NCBI GenBank assembly: GCA_963829525.1
Contig: CAWHIJ010000003.1
Coordinates: 1,536,001 to 1,600,000 of the forward strand
Direction of reading: 5' to 3'
Source: an uncultured Actinomycetota bacterium
Lineage (GTDB): Bacteria > Actinomycetota > Actinomycetes > JAHEKZ01
DNA length: 64,000 nucleotides
A program made the translations under genes and the position numbers. Positions 1 to 8,909 of the stretch are shown here, piece by piece (positions within the stretch are counted from its first letter, which is position 1; the number at the start of each line of letters is the position of its first letter). The notes below the pieces were generated by a model. That model was not told the DNA's origin. It saw only the letters and a program-made list of their open reading frames with translations, and did no database searches.

Positions 1-249
1 GCTGACGTGGGTGAGTGGCTCGGCCGGGGTTTGGCGAGCCTGGTGGCGATCTTGGACCCTGAGATCGTCGTTGTCGGTGGGGGAGTCAGCGAGTCCGGCG
101 ACCTACTGCTCGATCCCGCTCGCCGTCAGCTGTCGGAGTCGGTGACCGGGGCCGGACGGCGTCCGCTGCCCGCTGTCGTGGCGGCCACGCTTGGCAACGA
201 GGCCGGCGTGGTCGGGGCCGCGATGCTGGCCCGCACTCACAGTTTGTAG
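1..249 (+). CDS. glk: ROK-family glucokinase, C-terminal part (5' truncated by window)
   Basis: LDPEIVVVGGGVSE and LGNEAGVVGAA are ROK C-terminal motifs; position upstream of the EEP/esterase/plsC block matches actinobacterial glucokinase synteny. Confidence 0.8.
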   Translation, partial: ADVGEWLGRGLASLVAILDPEIVVVGGGVSESGDLLLDPARRQLSESVTGAGRRPLPAVVAATLGNEAGVVGAAMLARTHSL

Positions 250-319
250 TGATCTATCACTCTCCGTAGTTCCGATCATCTGATCGGTTCGACCATGGGG
301 GATCTGGCTCAGCAAATCT

Positions 320-346
320 TAAGCGGCTGGACGATCCTGCCGATGG
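320..346 (+). promoter_or_regulatory. Putative sigma-28 (WhiG/FliA-type) promoter of the first tad pair
   Basis: TAAG (320-323)-N15-GCCGATGG (339-346), close to the TAAA-N15-GCCGATAA consensus; 44 nt before ATG 391. Confidence 0.5.
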
Positions 347-390
347 CGCCTGTGGGACGGGTGCCGTAGGGCTCCCGCGCGGAGGGAGTC

Positions 391-909
391 ATGAAGCGAC
401 TGCGACCGACGATTCGAGGAAGATCCGACGGCGGGGCGACCGCTGTCGAGTTCGCCCTCGTCGTTCCCATTCTTCTGGTGCTGGTCTTCGGGATCATCGA
501 CTACGGACTCTGGTTCTCCGACTCACTGTCCTCGCGTCAAGGGGTGCGTGAGGCCGCGCGGCAAGGAGTGGTTGCGAACTTCGGTGATACGACCAGCTGT
601 GGGCTCAGTGGGGCATCAGGCGACTCGAACTCCCGCGCCCTCATGTGCACGGCGCAGAACCGAATCGGTGGCATCGCAGGCGAACCGGCCATCAAGGTGT
701 CGGCTCCGGAAGGCTGGGTTCGCGGCAAGCCGCTTATTGTGTGTGCGCAGATGAAAGGAGGAGCCGGCACCGGGCTTGTCCCGCTGCCCAATGACCGCAT
801 CATCCGCACTGAAGTGCAGATGGCCATCGAGCAGGCTCCGCCCGGTACCGCCTTCATCGGCGGCTCCGAGTCACCTCCCGCCGGTGCGAACTGGGACTGG
901 TGCGGATGA
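391..909 (+). CDS. tadE: TadE-family Flp/Tad minor pilin
   Basis: Basic leader, then G|ATAVEFALVVPILLVLVFGIIDYG (prepilin site with Glu+5), REAARQG motif; RBS GGAGGGAG upstream. Confidence 0.85.
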   Translation: MKRLRPTIRGRSDGGATAVEFALVVPILLVLVFGIIDYGLWFSDSLSSRQGVREAARQGVVANFGDTTSCGLSGASGDSNSRALMCTAQNRIGGIAGEPAIKVSAPEGWVRGKPLIVCAQMKGGAGTGLVPLPNDRIIRTEVQMAIEQAPPGTAFIGGSESPPAGANWDWCG

Positions 910-2278
910 TGGGCAGACTGCGCGACGAAGGTGGGGCAGTAGCGGTCCTCACGGCGCTTCTGGCTGTCGTGCTTCTCAGCATGGCGGCATTGGTGGTTGA
1001 CCTCGGTATAGCCAGGGACAGTCGCCGCCAAGCGCAGAACACCGCCGACTCCGCGGCCCTGGCTGCCGCTAACGCGCTGTATGCCACGCGTGCTCCGAAT
1101 CTGAACCAGCCCGGCGACTTCGTCGCTGCCGTGAATGCAGCCAAGCGATACGCGGCTGAGAACTACGGGACGACCGAAGCTGAGTGGCGCGGCTGCTCAA
1201 CAGACCAGGCGCTCGACTATCAGAATCCCGGGACTTGGACGAACTGCATCACCTTCGACTCCTTTCTCTATCCCAGGCAGGTCCTGATCGTCGTTCCGGT
1301 GCGTGAGCAGCCGGTCTTCTTCGGTGGCGTTGTCGGGTACGAGGGTGCTCGATCGGCGCACTGGCGCAGGCGCGGCTCGACCCGGGAGGTCGCCGCGTGT
1401 GCACCTTCTGCGTTTTGGGTGACGACGTGAACGTGATCCAGAACGGCAACGTCAACGTCACCGGCGGCAACATGTGGTTCAACGGCGACGTCGCCATGGG
1501 GCCTAACGGAGTTCGGCGAACTCCAGCTCCGGGAACTGTTGTTGGTGATGACGGTTCGACTTTCGTAGATGGTGGCAACATCTACGTGTCCGGCGCGATC
1601 ACTAGCAACTGCACCAAGGTCCAGGGCGGTGGTGCACAGGTCGGTCAGCCGCGGGTTGTTGACCCACTCGCAGCGCAGGTGTTGCCGTTCGTCACGCAGA
1701 GCGCGTTGGTGGGAAAGACGGTCAGTCCCTGCTCGGGTGGCCCCGGGATCTATGGCGACGTCAATCTTCGGCCAGGTACTTGCACGCTCATTCCGGGTCT
1801 CTACGTGTTCACCGGAAAGTTGGATCTGGCTGGTGGGGCGACGCTAATCGGCAACGGGGTCACCTTCTACTTCACCTGCGGTGAGGGGACGGTGCCGCGG
1901 GCGTGCAACTCACCCGGTGAGGACGGCGGCCGGATCGACTCCACGGGTACGCCCGAGTACCAGTTGACAGCCCCGCCTCTGCGCTCCACGCACCCCACGG
2001 TCGCGTCCGAGCTCTACGGCTACTCGCTCGTGTTCGATCGCTACAACACGTCAGTGCAGCGACTCCGAGGAAATACGAACTCGTTCGTCTCGGGAACGAT
2101 CTACGGCGTGAATGCGACCTTGGACATCGGCGGAACGGCGGGCAGCACGACGCCGTTCAGTTCCTGGGTGGTCATCGGAACCTTGAAGATGAACGGTTCG
2201 CCAGCGAGCCTGACCGTCAACTTCGACGCGTCGAAGAACGCCAAGGCAAGTGAAGGCGCACGCGGGTTGGTGCGGTAG
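906..2278 (+). CDS. TadG-like pilus tip/assembly protein with Cys/Gly-rich beta-type C-terminal domain (apparent frameshift near 1350)
   Basis: G|AVAVLTALLAVVLLSMAALVVDLG..AQNTADSAALAAA Tad N-terminus; ATGA overlap with tadE stop; reading continues in ORF 1397..2278 after a single-base shift. Confidence 0.75.
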
Positions 2279-2301
2279 GGCTCGTTCTGTCGGTCTTGGC
2301 G

Positions 2302-3406
2302 CTACTTCCAGAGCTGGGCGCTCAGGATCGCATTCTTGCAGTTCGATGCGGTGAAGTTGCAGGTTAACCCGCTGCCGGAGTAGCCGGTGGTGTAGTCGAC
2401 GTAGCGGTACTGGATGAATCGGACCGCGTTCGGTCGAGCGTTGATGTAGGGAGCAGCCTTCACCGGGTCGTAGCAGCTGCCGAACTTGTACTTGGTGCGA
2501 TCAAGGTAGTACCCGCACACCTTCGCGCTGACGAAAGCCCACGACGGTGAACCGGCCGTTGCTACCCGGTCCCGATCCTGGCGTATAGCCGCTGACGACC
2601 GGGAAGAGCACGACCTGGTCCACAATCGAGTCAAGCTGCGTTTGGACAGGTGCCAGGTTGTTGCCGGGGTCACCAGGAACCACGGGTGGCGACACGGATA
2701 CGGGCTTGGGATACCCGTTCTGCGTCCAGTCCTGAATGTCTCCGGTGGGGTTTGAGCCACCATCGAAATCCACGATCCCCCAGTTGCCGGCGGCCGTTGA
2801 GTTGCAGAGTCCAATCTTGTTGTCCAGGTCCATGACGAACGTCTCGCCAGGTGTTGCCTTTGCCTGGTCGACGACGCTGTTGCAGGCGGCGTAGGGACGC
2901 AGCCCGCTAACGGAGAGCAGCGGGACGACGGCGGCAGTTGCCGATCGCTTCGGTGCGATGCTCGAGATGTTGGCGACACCACCGAAGAAGACCGGGAGGT
3001 CACGGCTGTTGTCGACGCGGACTTCGACCCGACTGTCGCCAATGCATGTGATGACCACGGAATCGACGTTGGAGTTACCGCTCAAGTCGTTGGCGGCATT
3101 GGTGGAGTTGGCTGCGCCTTCGGCCGCTGCTTGCGCGGCTGCTCGCTGGCTGGCTGTCCACCCCGCACATCCTTGACCCCCTCCAAGAATCGGCAGGCCG
3201 CCGGACTTCGCGACCGCAACGGCTCGGGCCGCGTCGAGGGCGGCCGAGTCGGCGGCAACAGAGAGCTGTCGCTTGACGGCGTAGGCATTGCCCAAGTCGA
3301 CGGCGAAGGCGGCCATCAAGACGAGGAGCACGGACAAGAGCGCGACGATCACCGCGACGGCACCATCGTCTCTCGGTTGGCGGATGGCTCTTAGTTGAAC
3401 TCGCAC
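2302..3406 (-). CDS. Second TadG-like pilus tip/assembly protein (apparent +1 error near 2535)
   Basis: DDG|AVAVIVALLSVLLVLMAAFAVDLG..QLSVAADSAALDAA; GNWGIVDFDGG and VLFPV..FTVVGF motifs; removing one T from GGCTTTCGTC joins the frame of ORF 2302..3042 (VSAKVCGYY...). Confidence 0.75.
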
Positions 3407-3900
3407 TTGTACACCGCCTTGGATGTCAAGGTGAACTGATTCGGGAGCCCTGGGACCGGCAAGGGAAGAATTAGCTTTGCCGGGTAGGTGGCGGTGACCA
3501 CGATGCTCTGCTGGGCATTGGTCGTTGCGTTGATCGAGCCGGTGCACACCGCTGGCGAGGTACTGGCCGGGTTGTTCCCCGTCCCGCATGGTGTGGTTGA
3601 GGCCGACCGCACGACCTTGACGTTGATGTCAGTGGTGGCCATGGCGATGGCAGGCCCCGTCGAGTTGCGGACGCCGGAAACGACACCCGCGCATGACTTC
3701 TCGAATGACGTTGAACCTTCCACAACCGCGAGTCGGGCGCCTTGGCGGACTCCGTTGTTCAGGGCGAGCTGCTGCGCGAAGAGGGTGCCGTAGGAGATGA
3801 TGCCGAACGCAAGAATGAGCAGAATCGGGAGTACCAGAGCGAACTCGACGGCGGACGCGCCGTCGTCACGTCGCCTCCGCGGCCTGAGGCGAGCGATCAT
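3391..3900 (-). CDS. tadE: Second TadE-family minor pilin
   Basis: MIARLRPRRRRDDG|ASAVEFALVLPILLILAFGIISYG, RQGARLA motif, C-terminal Cys; AAGGGGG RBS before ATG 3900. Confidence 0.85.
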   Translation of the reverse strand: MIARLRPRRRRDDGASAVEFALVLPILLILAFGIISYGTLFAQQLALNNGVRQGARLAVVEGSTSFEKSCAGVVSGVRNSTGPAIAMATTDINVKVVRSASTTPCGTGNNPASTSPAVCTGSINATTNAQQSIVVTATYPAKLILPLPVPGLPNQFTLTSKAVYKCEFN

Positions 3901-4017
3901 GGGTCCCCCTTGCGGGCGGCGTTCGCCCATCCGGACTATCAAGGTCTTACCGAAAGTGTCCACTGGACCGGGGACCTGCGACAGGATACTCCCCATGTTC
4001 ACCCGGTTGGAGGACAG

Positions 4018-4701
4018 TTGCGACGGCCGCTTCGCCTGATGACCTGGAACGTTCGCTCGCTGCGCGACGATCGGGCAGCCGTCATCCGGGTCTTGAGAAC
4101 CTGCGCCCCAGATGTCCTGTTTGTGCAGGAGGCGCCTCGCTTCCTGAGGGCCCAGTCCAAGCTGGCGGCCCTCGCCCGTGAGGCGGGACTTGTCGTCGCT
4201 GCAGGCGGGCGACCCGCGGCAGGCGTCGCCCTGCTCACCACCCTCCGGGTGGACGTCGACGCCCCCGCCAGCCACCTCCTCACCAAGACCTGGCGCCTGC
4301 ACCAGAGGGGCCTCGCCATGGCTCGACTGAGCCTCGGAGACCTCTCGTTCGTCGCCGGGTCACTGCATCTTGGCCTCGACGGCGCCGAGCGCCGGCGGCA
4401 TGCGTCCGAGATCGCCCACCTCCTCGGAACGGGCGATTCGGTGATCGCTGGCGACTTCAACGAGGGCTCGACCGGCCCGGCCCGGCGGGCCCTCGCATCC
4501 GGCCGACACGACGTCGGGGCGGCACAGGACTTGCCGACCTTCTCGACGTCGGCGCCTCGACGGCGGATCGACACGATCCTGGTTCCAACCGATTGGCAGG
4601 TGACACCCGTCTCACCCCTCGAAATACTGCATGAATCGGACCTTGTCGTCGCCACGGATCACCGACCGGTGATCGCCGATGTGGTGGGCTGGGCCCGGTA
4701 G
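4018..4701 (+). CDS. Endonuclease/exonuclease/phosphatase family protein
   Basis: MTWNV, VQEAP, HLGL, AGDFNE, RIDTI, TDHRPV motifs; TTG start after GGAGG. Confidence 0.85.
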   Translation: MRRPLRLMTWNVRSLRDDRAAVIRVLRTCAPDVLFVQEAPRFLRAQSKLAALAREAGLVVAAGGRPAAGVALLTTLRVDVDAPASHLLTKTWRLHQRGLAMARLSLGDLSFVAGSLHLGLDGAERRRHASEIAHLLGTGDSVIAGDFNEGSTGPARRALASGRHDVGAAQDLPTFSTSAPRRRIDTILVPTDWQVTPVSPLEILHESDLVVATDHRPVIADVVGWAR

Positions 4702-4760
4702 CCCGACACTGGGGTCATCGCGTGGGGTCACATCGCTACGGGGGCGAAGGGACGAGACTG

Positions 4761-6077
4761 GTGCCGGACAGTTTTGCCGAGCGGGTTGCGCGAGTGCCAC
4801 CGCGCCTGTTGCTGCCCCACGGCAGCACGACCCCAGAGCGCCTCACCCTTGTGGACGCGCTCGCGCTTCCGGACGCCGTTCCCGCCTGCTGGCTCGTCCT
4901 CGCCACCGACGACGAAGACGGCAGCCACATCCTGCCGCTTGTCGATGATGGGCAGCAGCCTCGTCGGGCAAGGGCCGGTGATGGGTGGGCGACCGCCTTG
5001 GTGGCCCTGGGTCTGCACCCGAACGGCGAGCGCGGGTGGCAGGTCAGGGTGGTCGAACCGTTGGACGCCGCAACGTTGCAAGGGTCGCTCATCGAGGAAC
5101 CGATGTCGTCATCGTCGTGGCACGAGTCGCTCGAGGTCGCAGGCGCCTTCCGCATCCGGATCGTGCTGCGCCCTGACCGTCTGAGCGCACCGTCGCCACA
5201 ACCATGGCGTCACATTGGTCACACCGCCCCTGACCTGGTCGACGGCGGCCGCTTCGACGTGGCGTGGAGCTCGCCGGACGAAGCGCGCTCACTGTCCTCT
5301 GCCGTGCTCGTGGCCGACGTTGCCTCCGAGACGTCGGTGGCCGAGGTGCTCAACCGCGAGGCGACCCGGCACTTGCGCGGCTCCGACACCGCCAACAGCA
5401 CCCTTGCCCTGGCCACCATGCTCGGTGAGACGTTGGCCAGGGCACACCACGCACTCGCAACCCCATCACCGGAGCTGCCAGAACCTTTGACGGTCATGGA
5501 CGCGGACGGGGCAGCGCTCTTGGACCGACGAGTGAAGGACGTGCTGTCTGAAGCGGTCGTGCTGACCGAACCAGATGTTCGCGAGACCCTGCACGCGCAC
5601 ATGGTCGATTTGCGAGGCTCGTTCGCCGAGCTGGCGTTCGCGACGGGTGCCTGGGTGTTACCGGCTGTGCCACTGGGCAGCCTGGAGCAGTTCCTGGTCC
5701 GCAGCGACCGGCTGGTCCTCGACCCGTTGGCGGTTCGTGCTGCTGAGGGACCGCACCTGGCGGTGATGGACGTCGCCCGGCTGCTCCGCGAAGTCACCCA
5801 TGTTGCGCACGGCGCGTTGCGTCGCATGGTCGGCGGCGGCGAACACGTGCCGGCTGAGCGCGTCCCGACGTGGGTGGGTGCTGTGCGCGAGACCATCCTG
5901 GAACGCTACGAGGCAACTCTGATCGCCTATGGGCAGGCGCCCCTGCTCGACGCCCGGCTGCTGCGTGCCTTCGAGATCGAGGCGGAGTGCCGAGCCCTCA
6001 TCTACGCATCGCGCGAGCTGCCGACGTGGAGCTCGGTACCCGATGCCGGGCTGGTCGAGCTGCTGAGCCACTGGTGA
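4761..6077 (+). CDS. Maltokinase/actinobacterial glucosamine-kinase-fold protein, catalytic motifs degenerate
   Basis: LGETLARAHHALA, DVARLLREVTHV and LLRAFEIEAECRALIYAS..LPTW..VPD resemble this family; no HGD or IDF motif; start uncertain (4722 or 4761). Confidence 0.55.
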   Translation: MPDSFAERVARVPPRLLLPHGSTTPERLTLVDALALPDAVPACWLVLATDDEDGSHILPLVDDGQQPRRARAGDGWATALVALGLHPNGERGWQVRVVEPLDAATLQGSLIEEPMSSSSWHESLEVAGAFRIRIVLRPDRLSAPSPQPWRHIGHTAPDLVDGGRFDVAWSSPDEARSLSSAVLVADVASETSVAEVLNREATRHLRGSDTANSTLALATMLGETLARAHHALATPSPELPEPLTVMDADGAALLDRRVKDVLSEAVVLTEPDVRETLHAHMVDLRGSFAELAFATGAWVLPAVPLGSLEQFLVRSDRLVLDPLAVRAAEGPHLAVMDVARLLREVTHVAHGALRRMVGGGEHVPAERVPTWVGAVRETILERYEATLIAYGQAPLLDARLLRAFEIEAECRALIYASRELPTWSSVPDAGLVELLSHW

Positions 6078-6105
6078 AAGCGGCCAACGACCCTGGGTCG
6101 GTCAC

Positions 6106-6513
6106 GTGAGGGGAGTCAGGGCTCCGGGTGCCTGGGCCTTCCTGGCAGGGTTTCTCACCGTTGCCGGGCTCATGCACTTTGTCGCACCGCAGTTCTACCG
6201 CCCGCTCATCCCCGAACCCCTGGGGGACCCCGATCCATGGGTTTACGGCTCCGGCGTCGCCGAGATAGCTGTCGGACTCGCACTGATCCCGAGGAAGACC
6301 CGGCGTCCGGCTGCGCTCTGCGCCGCGGCGCTCTTCGTTCTGGTGTTTCCCGGCAACCTGCAGATGGCATGGGACGCGCGCGATGACACCACGGTGCGTC
6401 AGGTGGCGACGCTGGCACGGCTTCCGCTGCAGGCCGTGCTGATCTGGTGGGCACTGCGTGTGGCGAAGAACGCTAAGGCCAGCCTGGGGCTTGCAGAGAG
6501 CGGGAGCGGCTAG
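6106..6513 (+). CDS. DoxX-like membrane protein
   Basis: AGLMHFVAPQFYRPLIP, SGVAEIAVG, VFPGNLQMA, RLPLQ motifs. Confidence 0.75.
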   Translation: MRGVRAPGAWAFLAGFLTVAGLMHFVAPQFYRPLIPEPLGDPDPWVYGSGVAEIAVGLALIPRKTRRPAALCAAALFVLVFPGNLQMAWDARDDTTVRQVATLARLPLQAVLIWWALRVAKNAKASLGLAESGSG

Positions 6514-7019
6514 ACCACGGCGCCGTCGTCGGGGCCATCGTCGATGCGCGGGCCCGGCCGCAGTCGAGACACCAGCGTTCCGAACCCGGCCAGGAAGGCG
6601 ACGACCAGTGCGATCCCCGTCAGCCCGTCGACGCCCCAGCCGATGATGGGCAGCACGATTGCCAGGATCGGCGCGCCCAACGCACCCGCCCACGCCCAGC
6701 GCCCCACCTTGTCGCCCTTGGGCAGGGGAGGTGGCGGCGGGGGCACGTAGTGGCCCTCGTCCTCCTGAGGCGGCTCGGACGGAGGCTCGGCCTGCGGGAT
6801 CCGGATGTCGTCCCACTCCGACCATTCGGTCCGGGGAGTGCGCTGTGGGGTCGGCGCCGCTGGTGGCGGCGTGGGGTCCGCAGACGTGTTCTCGGCCTCT
6901 GGCCAGGGTGCGGTGGATGCGGCAGTGCCGGGACGGTCGATGTTGGCGACGATCTCGTCGAAGGCTGCATCGATCGCATGCGTCTCGTCGGGCTCTTCGT
7001 CGTCGGGCGAGGTGGTCAC
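6510..7019 (-). CDS. Conserved actinobacterial membrane protein (acidic N-terminus, YVPPPPPPLP, two TM helices)
   Basis: DAAFDEIVA, EGHYVPPPPPPLP, C-terminal DDGAVV; GTGA overlap with the esterase stop. Confidence 0.7.
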   Translation of the reverse strand: MTTSPDDEEPDETHAIDAAFDEIVANIDRPGTAASTAPWPEAENTSADPTPPPAAPTPQRTPRTEWSEWDDIRIPQAEPPSEPPQEDEGHYVPPPPPPLPKGDKVGRWAWAGALGAPILAIVLPIIGWGVDGLTGIALVVAFLAGFGTLVSRLRPGPRIDDGPDDGAVV

Positions 7020-7831
7020 GGCTGCAGCCCCGTGGCGTCCCACGCAGTTGCCTCGTGCGTCGTGATCCGCTGCACGAAGGCCAGGCTCTGCTCGAAGATG
7101 AGCGGAGCGTCGTTGTCGAGGGTTGCAACGTGATAGCTGTCGTGCAGCGGGATGAATGTCACATCGCGTGAGCTGACGCCTTGCACGATCTCGACAGAGT
7201 TGCTTGGCTCGACGACGTGGTCGTCGTCGCTGCCGAAAGCGATCATCGGACAGCTGATCTCGGCCAGCCGGGGAGCGACTTCCTGCCACAGCTCGGTCAG
7301 CGAGTACAGCGGCTGCAGCGGCACACGCGCGTATGCCAGTTCGTCCTGCCCCGGCTTCTTGATGTCGTTGCGGATACCGGCAATCGTTGGCAGCACGTGA
7401 CGCAGGATCGGCAGCGCCCTCAGCGCAGGGTTTCGCGAGTGCACCGAGGCATTGACGACCGCGATCCCGGAGACCAGCCGTGGGTGCTCGAGCGCGAGCT
7501 TCAAGGTGAGGGTGCCGCCCATCGAAAGCCCCATGACGAACACGCGGTCGCAGGCGTCAGCGAGCTCGAGCAGCTCACGCTCGAGACACGCGTACCAGTC
7601 CGGCCAACGAGTGATTTGCATCTGCTGCCACTCGGTTCCGTGGCCGGGCAGCAGTGGCAGGCGAACTGACAGGCCGGCGGACGCTAGATGCTCGGCCCAC
7701 GGACGCAGGGAGGCCGGCGATCCGGTGAATCCGTGGCACAGCAGGACGCCGACCGATCCGCCGGCGTGACGGAACGGCTCGGTGCCGGGGTGTGGGACCA
7801 CGGGTGCTCCTGGGGTTAGCGACTCCCTCAT
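7016..7831 (-). CDS. Alpha/beta-fold carboxylesterase
   Basis: LCHGFTGSP, GLSMGG nucleophile elbow, DHVV, SYHVATLD catalytic His. Confidence 0.9.
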   Translation of the reverse strand: MRESLTPGAPVVPHPGTEPFRHAGGSVGVLLCHGFTGSPASLRPWAEHLASAGLSVRLPLLPGHGTEWQQMQITRWPDWYACLERELLELADACDRVFVMGLSMGGTLTLKLALEHPRLVSGIAVVNASVHSRNPALRALPILRHVLPTIAGIRNDIKKPGQDELAYARVPLQPLYSLTELWQEVAPRLAEISCPMIAFGSDDDHVVEPSNSVEIVQGVSSRDVTFIPLHDSYHVATLDNDAPLIFEQSLAFVQRITTHEATAWDATGLQP

Positions 7832-8004
7832 CGTGGCACGTCGAGACTCGTCTCGGCACGGCACGGTGAGCCGGCAGGTGGTAGGGACCCCGGTTAGACA
7901 TTGCCGGGCAGGGGTAAGGATCAATAGGCTGGCCTGTCTAGCAACCCTCCGCACCCGCCTGGGTGCGCCTGACTGCAGCAGCTCACGAACGGGAAGGAAC
8001 AGCG

Positions 8005-8733
8005 TTGCTCTACTGGCTGATCAAGTACGTGTTCGTCGGCTGGTGGCTGCGCCTTCTCTTCCGTCCTTGGGTTCAGGGCATCGAGAACATCCCTGCGGAT
8101 GGCCCCGCGATCCTTGCGAGCAACCACCTGTCGTTCTCCGACTCGGTGTTCTTGCCGTTGATGGTCGACCGGCACATCACTTTCTTGGCCAAGAGCGACT
8201 ACTTCACCGGCAAGGGCATCAAGGGGCGGCTGATCGCCTGGTTCATGTCCGGCGTCGAGCAGGTTCCGGTCGACCGAACCGGTGGACGCGCCAGCGAGGC
8301 GGCGATCTACACGGGCCTGCGGATCCTCGGTGAGGACAAGCTGCTCGGCATCTATCCGGAGGGCACCCGGTCTCCGGACGGCCGGCTCTACCGAGGAAAG
8401 ACGGGCGTCGCGCGCATGGCGCTCGAGGCCAAGGCGCCGATCATCCCGGTCGCGATGATCAATACGCGCGAGGTTCAGCCGCCTGGGAAGCTCATACCCC
8501 GGTTGGGGCGGATCGGCATCCGGATAGGAACGCCGCTCGACTTCTCGCGCTACGAGGGCATGGAGGACGACCGCTTCGTCCTGAGGTCGGTCACCGACGA
8601 GCTCATGTACGAGCTGATGGAGCTCTCGGGCCAGGAGTACGTCGACGTCTATGCGTCGCGGGCAAAGTCACCGCCTCCTGCAGCCGTCCCGCCCGAGGAG
8701 GCCGGCGACCGCGCGGCCGTCCCAGCCGCCTGA
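8005..8733 (+). CDS. plsC: 1-acyl-sn-glycerol-3-phosphate (lysophospholipid) acyltransferase
   Basis: ASNHLSFSDS (HX4D), FLAK, YPEGTRS motifs; TTG start after GAAGGA. Confidence 0.9.
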   Translation: MLYWLIKYVFVGWWLRLLFRPWVQGIENIPADGPAILASNHLSFSDSVFLPLMVDRHITFLAKSDYFTGKGIKGRLIAWFMSGVEQVPVDRTGGRASEAAIYTGLRILGEDKLLGIYPEGTRSPDGRLYRGKTGVARMALEAKAPIIPVAMINTREVQPPGKLIPRLGRIGIRIGTPLDFSRYEGMEDDRFVLRSVTDELMYELMELSGQEYVDVYASRAKSPPPAAVPPEEAGDRAAVPAA

Positions 8734-8796
8734 CCCGGTAGATGCTGGACCCTGGCGACGCGTGACCCTCGCGCCGAGCGACTTTGACTCGGGGAG

Positions 8797-8839
8797 ACGA
8801 ATATCGTGATCAAGTGACGTGCTAGGTACGAAATTCGTA
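8797..8839. promoter_or_regulatory. Two palindromic operator-like boxes (candidate Lrp/AsnC sites)
   Basis: ACGA-ATA-TCGT (8797-8807) and TACGAA-A-TTCGTA (8827-8839), centres 31 bp apart, upstream of the aminotransferase-AsnC pair. Confidence 0.45.
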
Positions 8840-8909
8840 GCGATGACTCTTTCCTCGCCTCCGAGATCGGCCTAACGTGGCGATGTCCGTCCACCGTGAG
8901 GAGCCCCGC

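Noticed and set aside
427-3870. Inverted homology between the two tadE 5' ends as an invertible shufflon
   Set aside because: Longest exact match seen is about 11 bp (GTCGAGTTCGC), third codon positions differ throughout and no recombinase is in the window; looks like old paralogy
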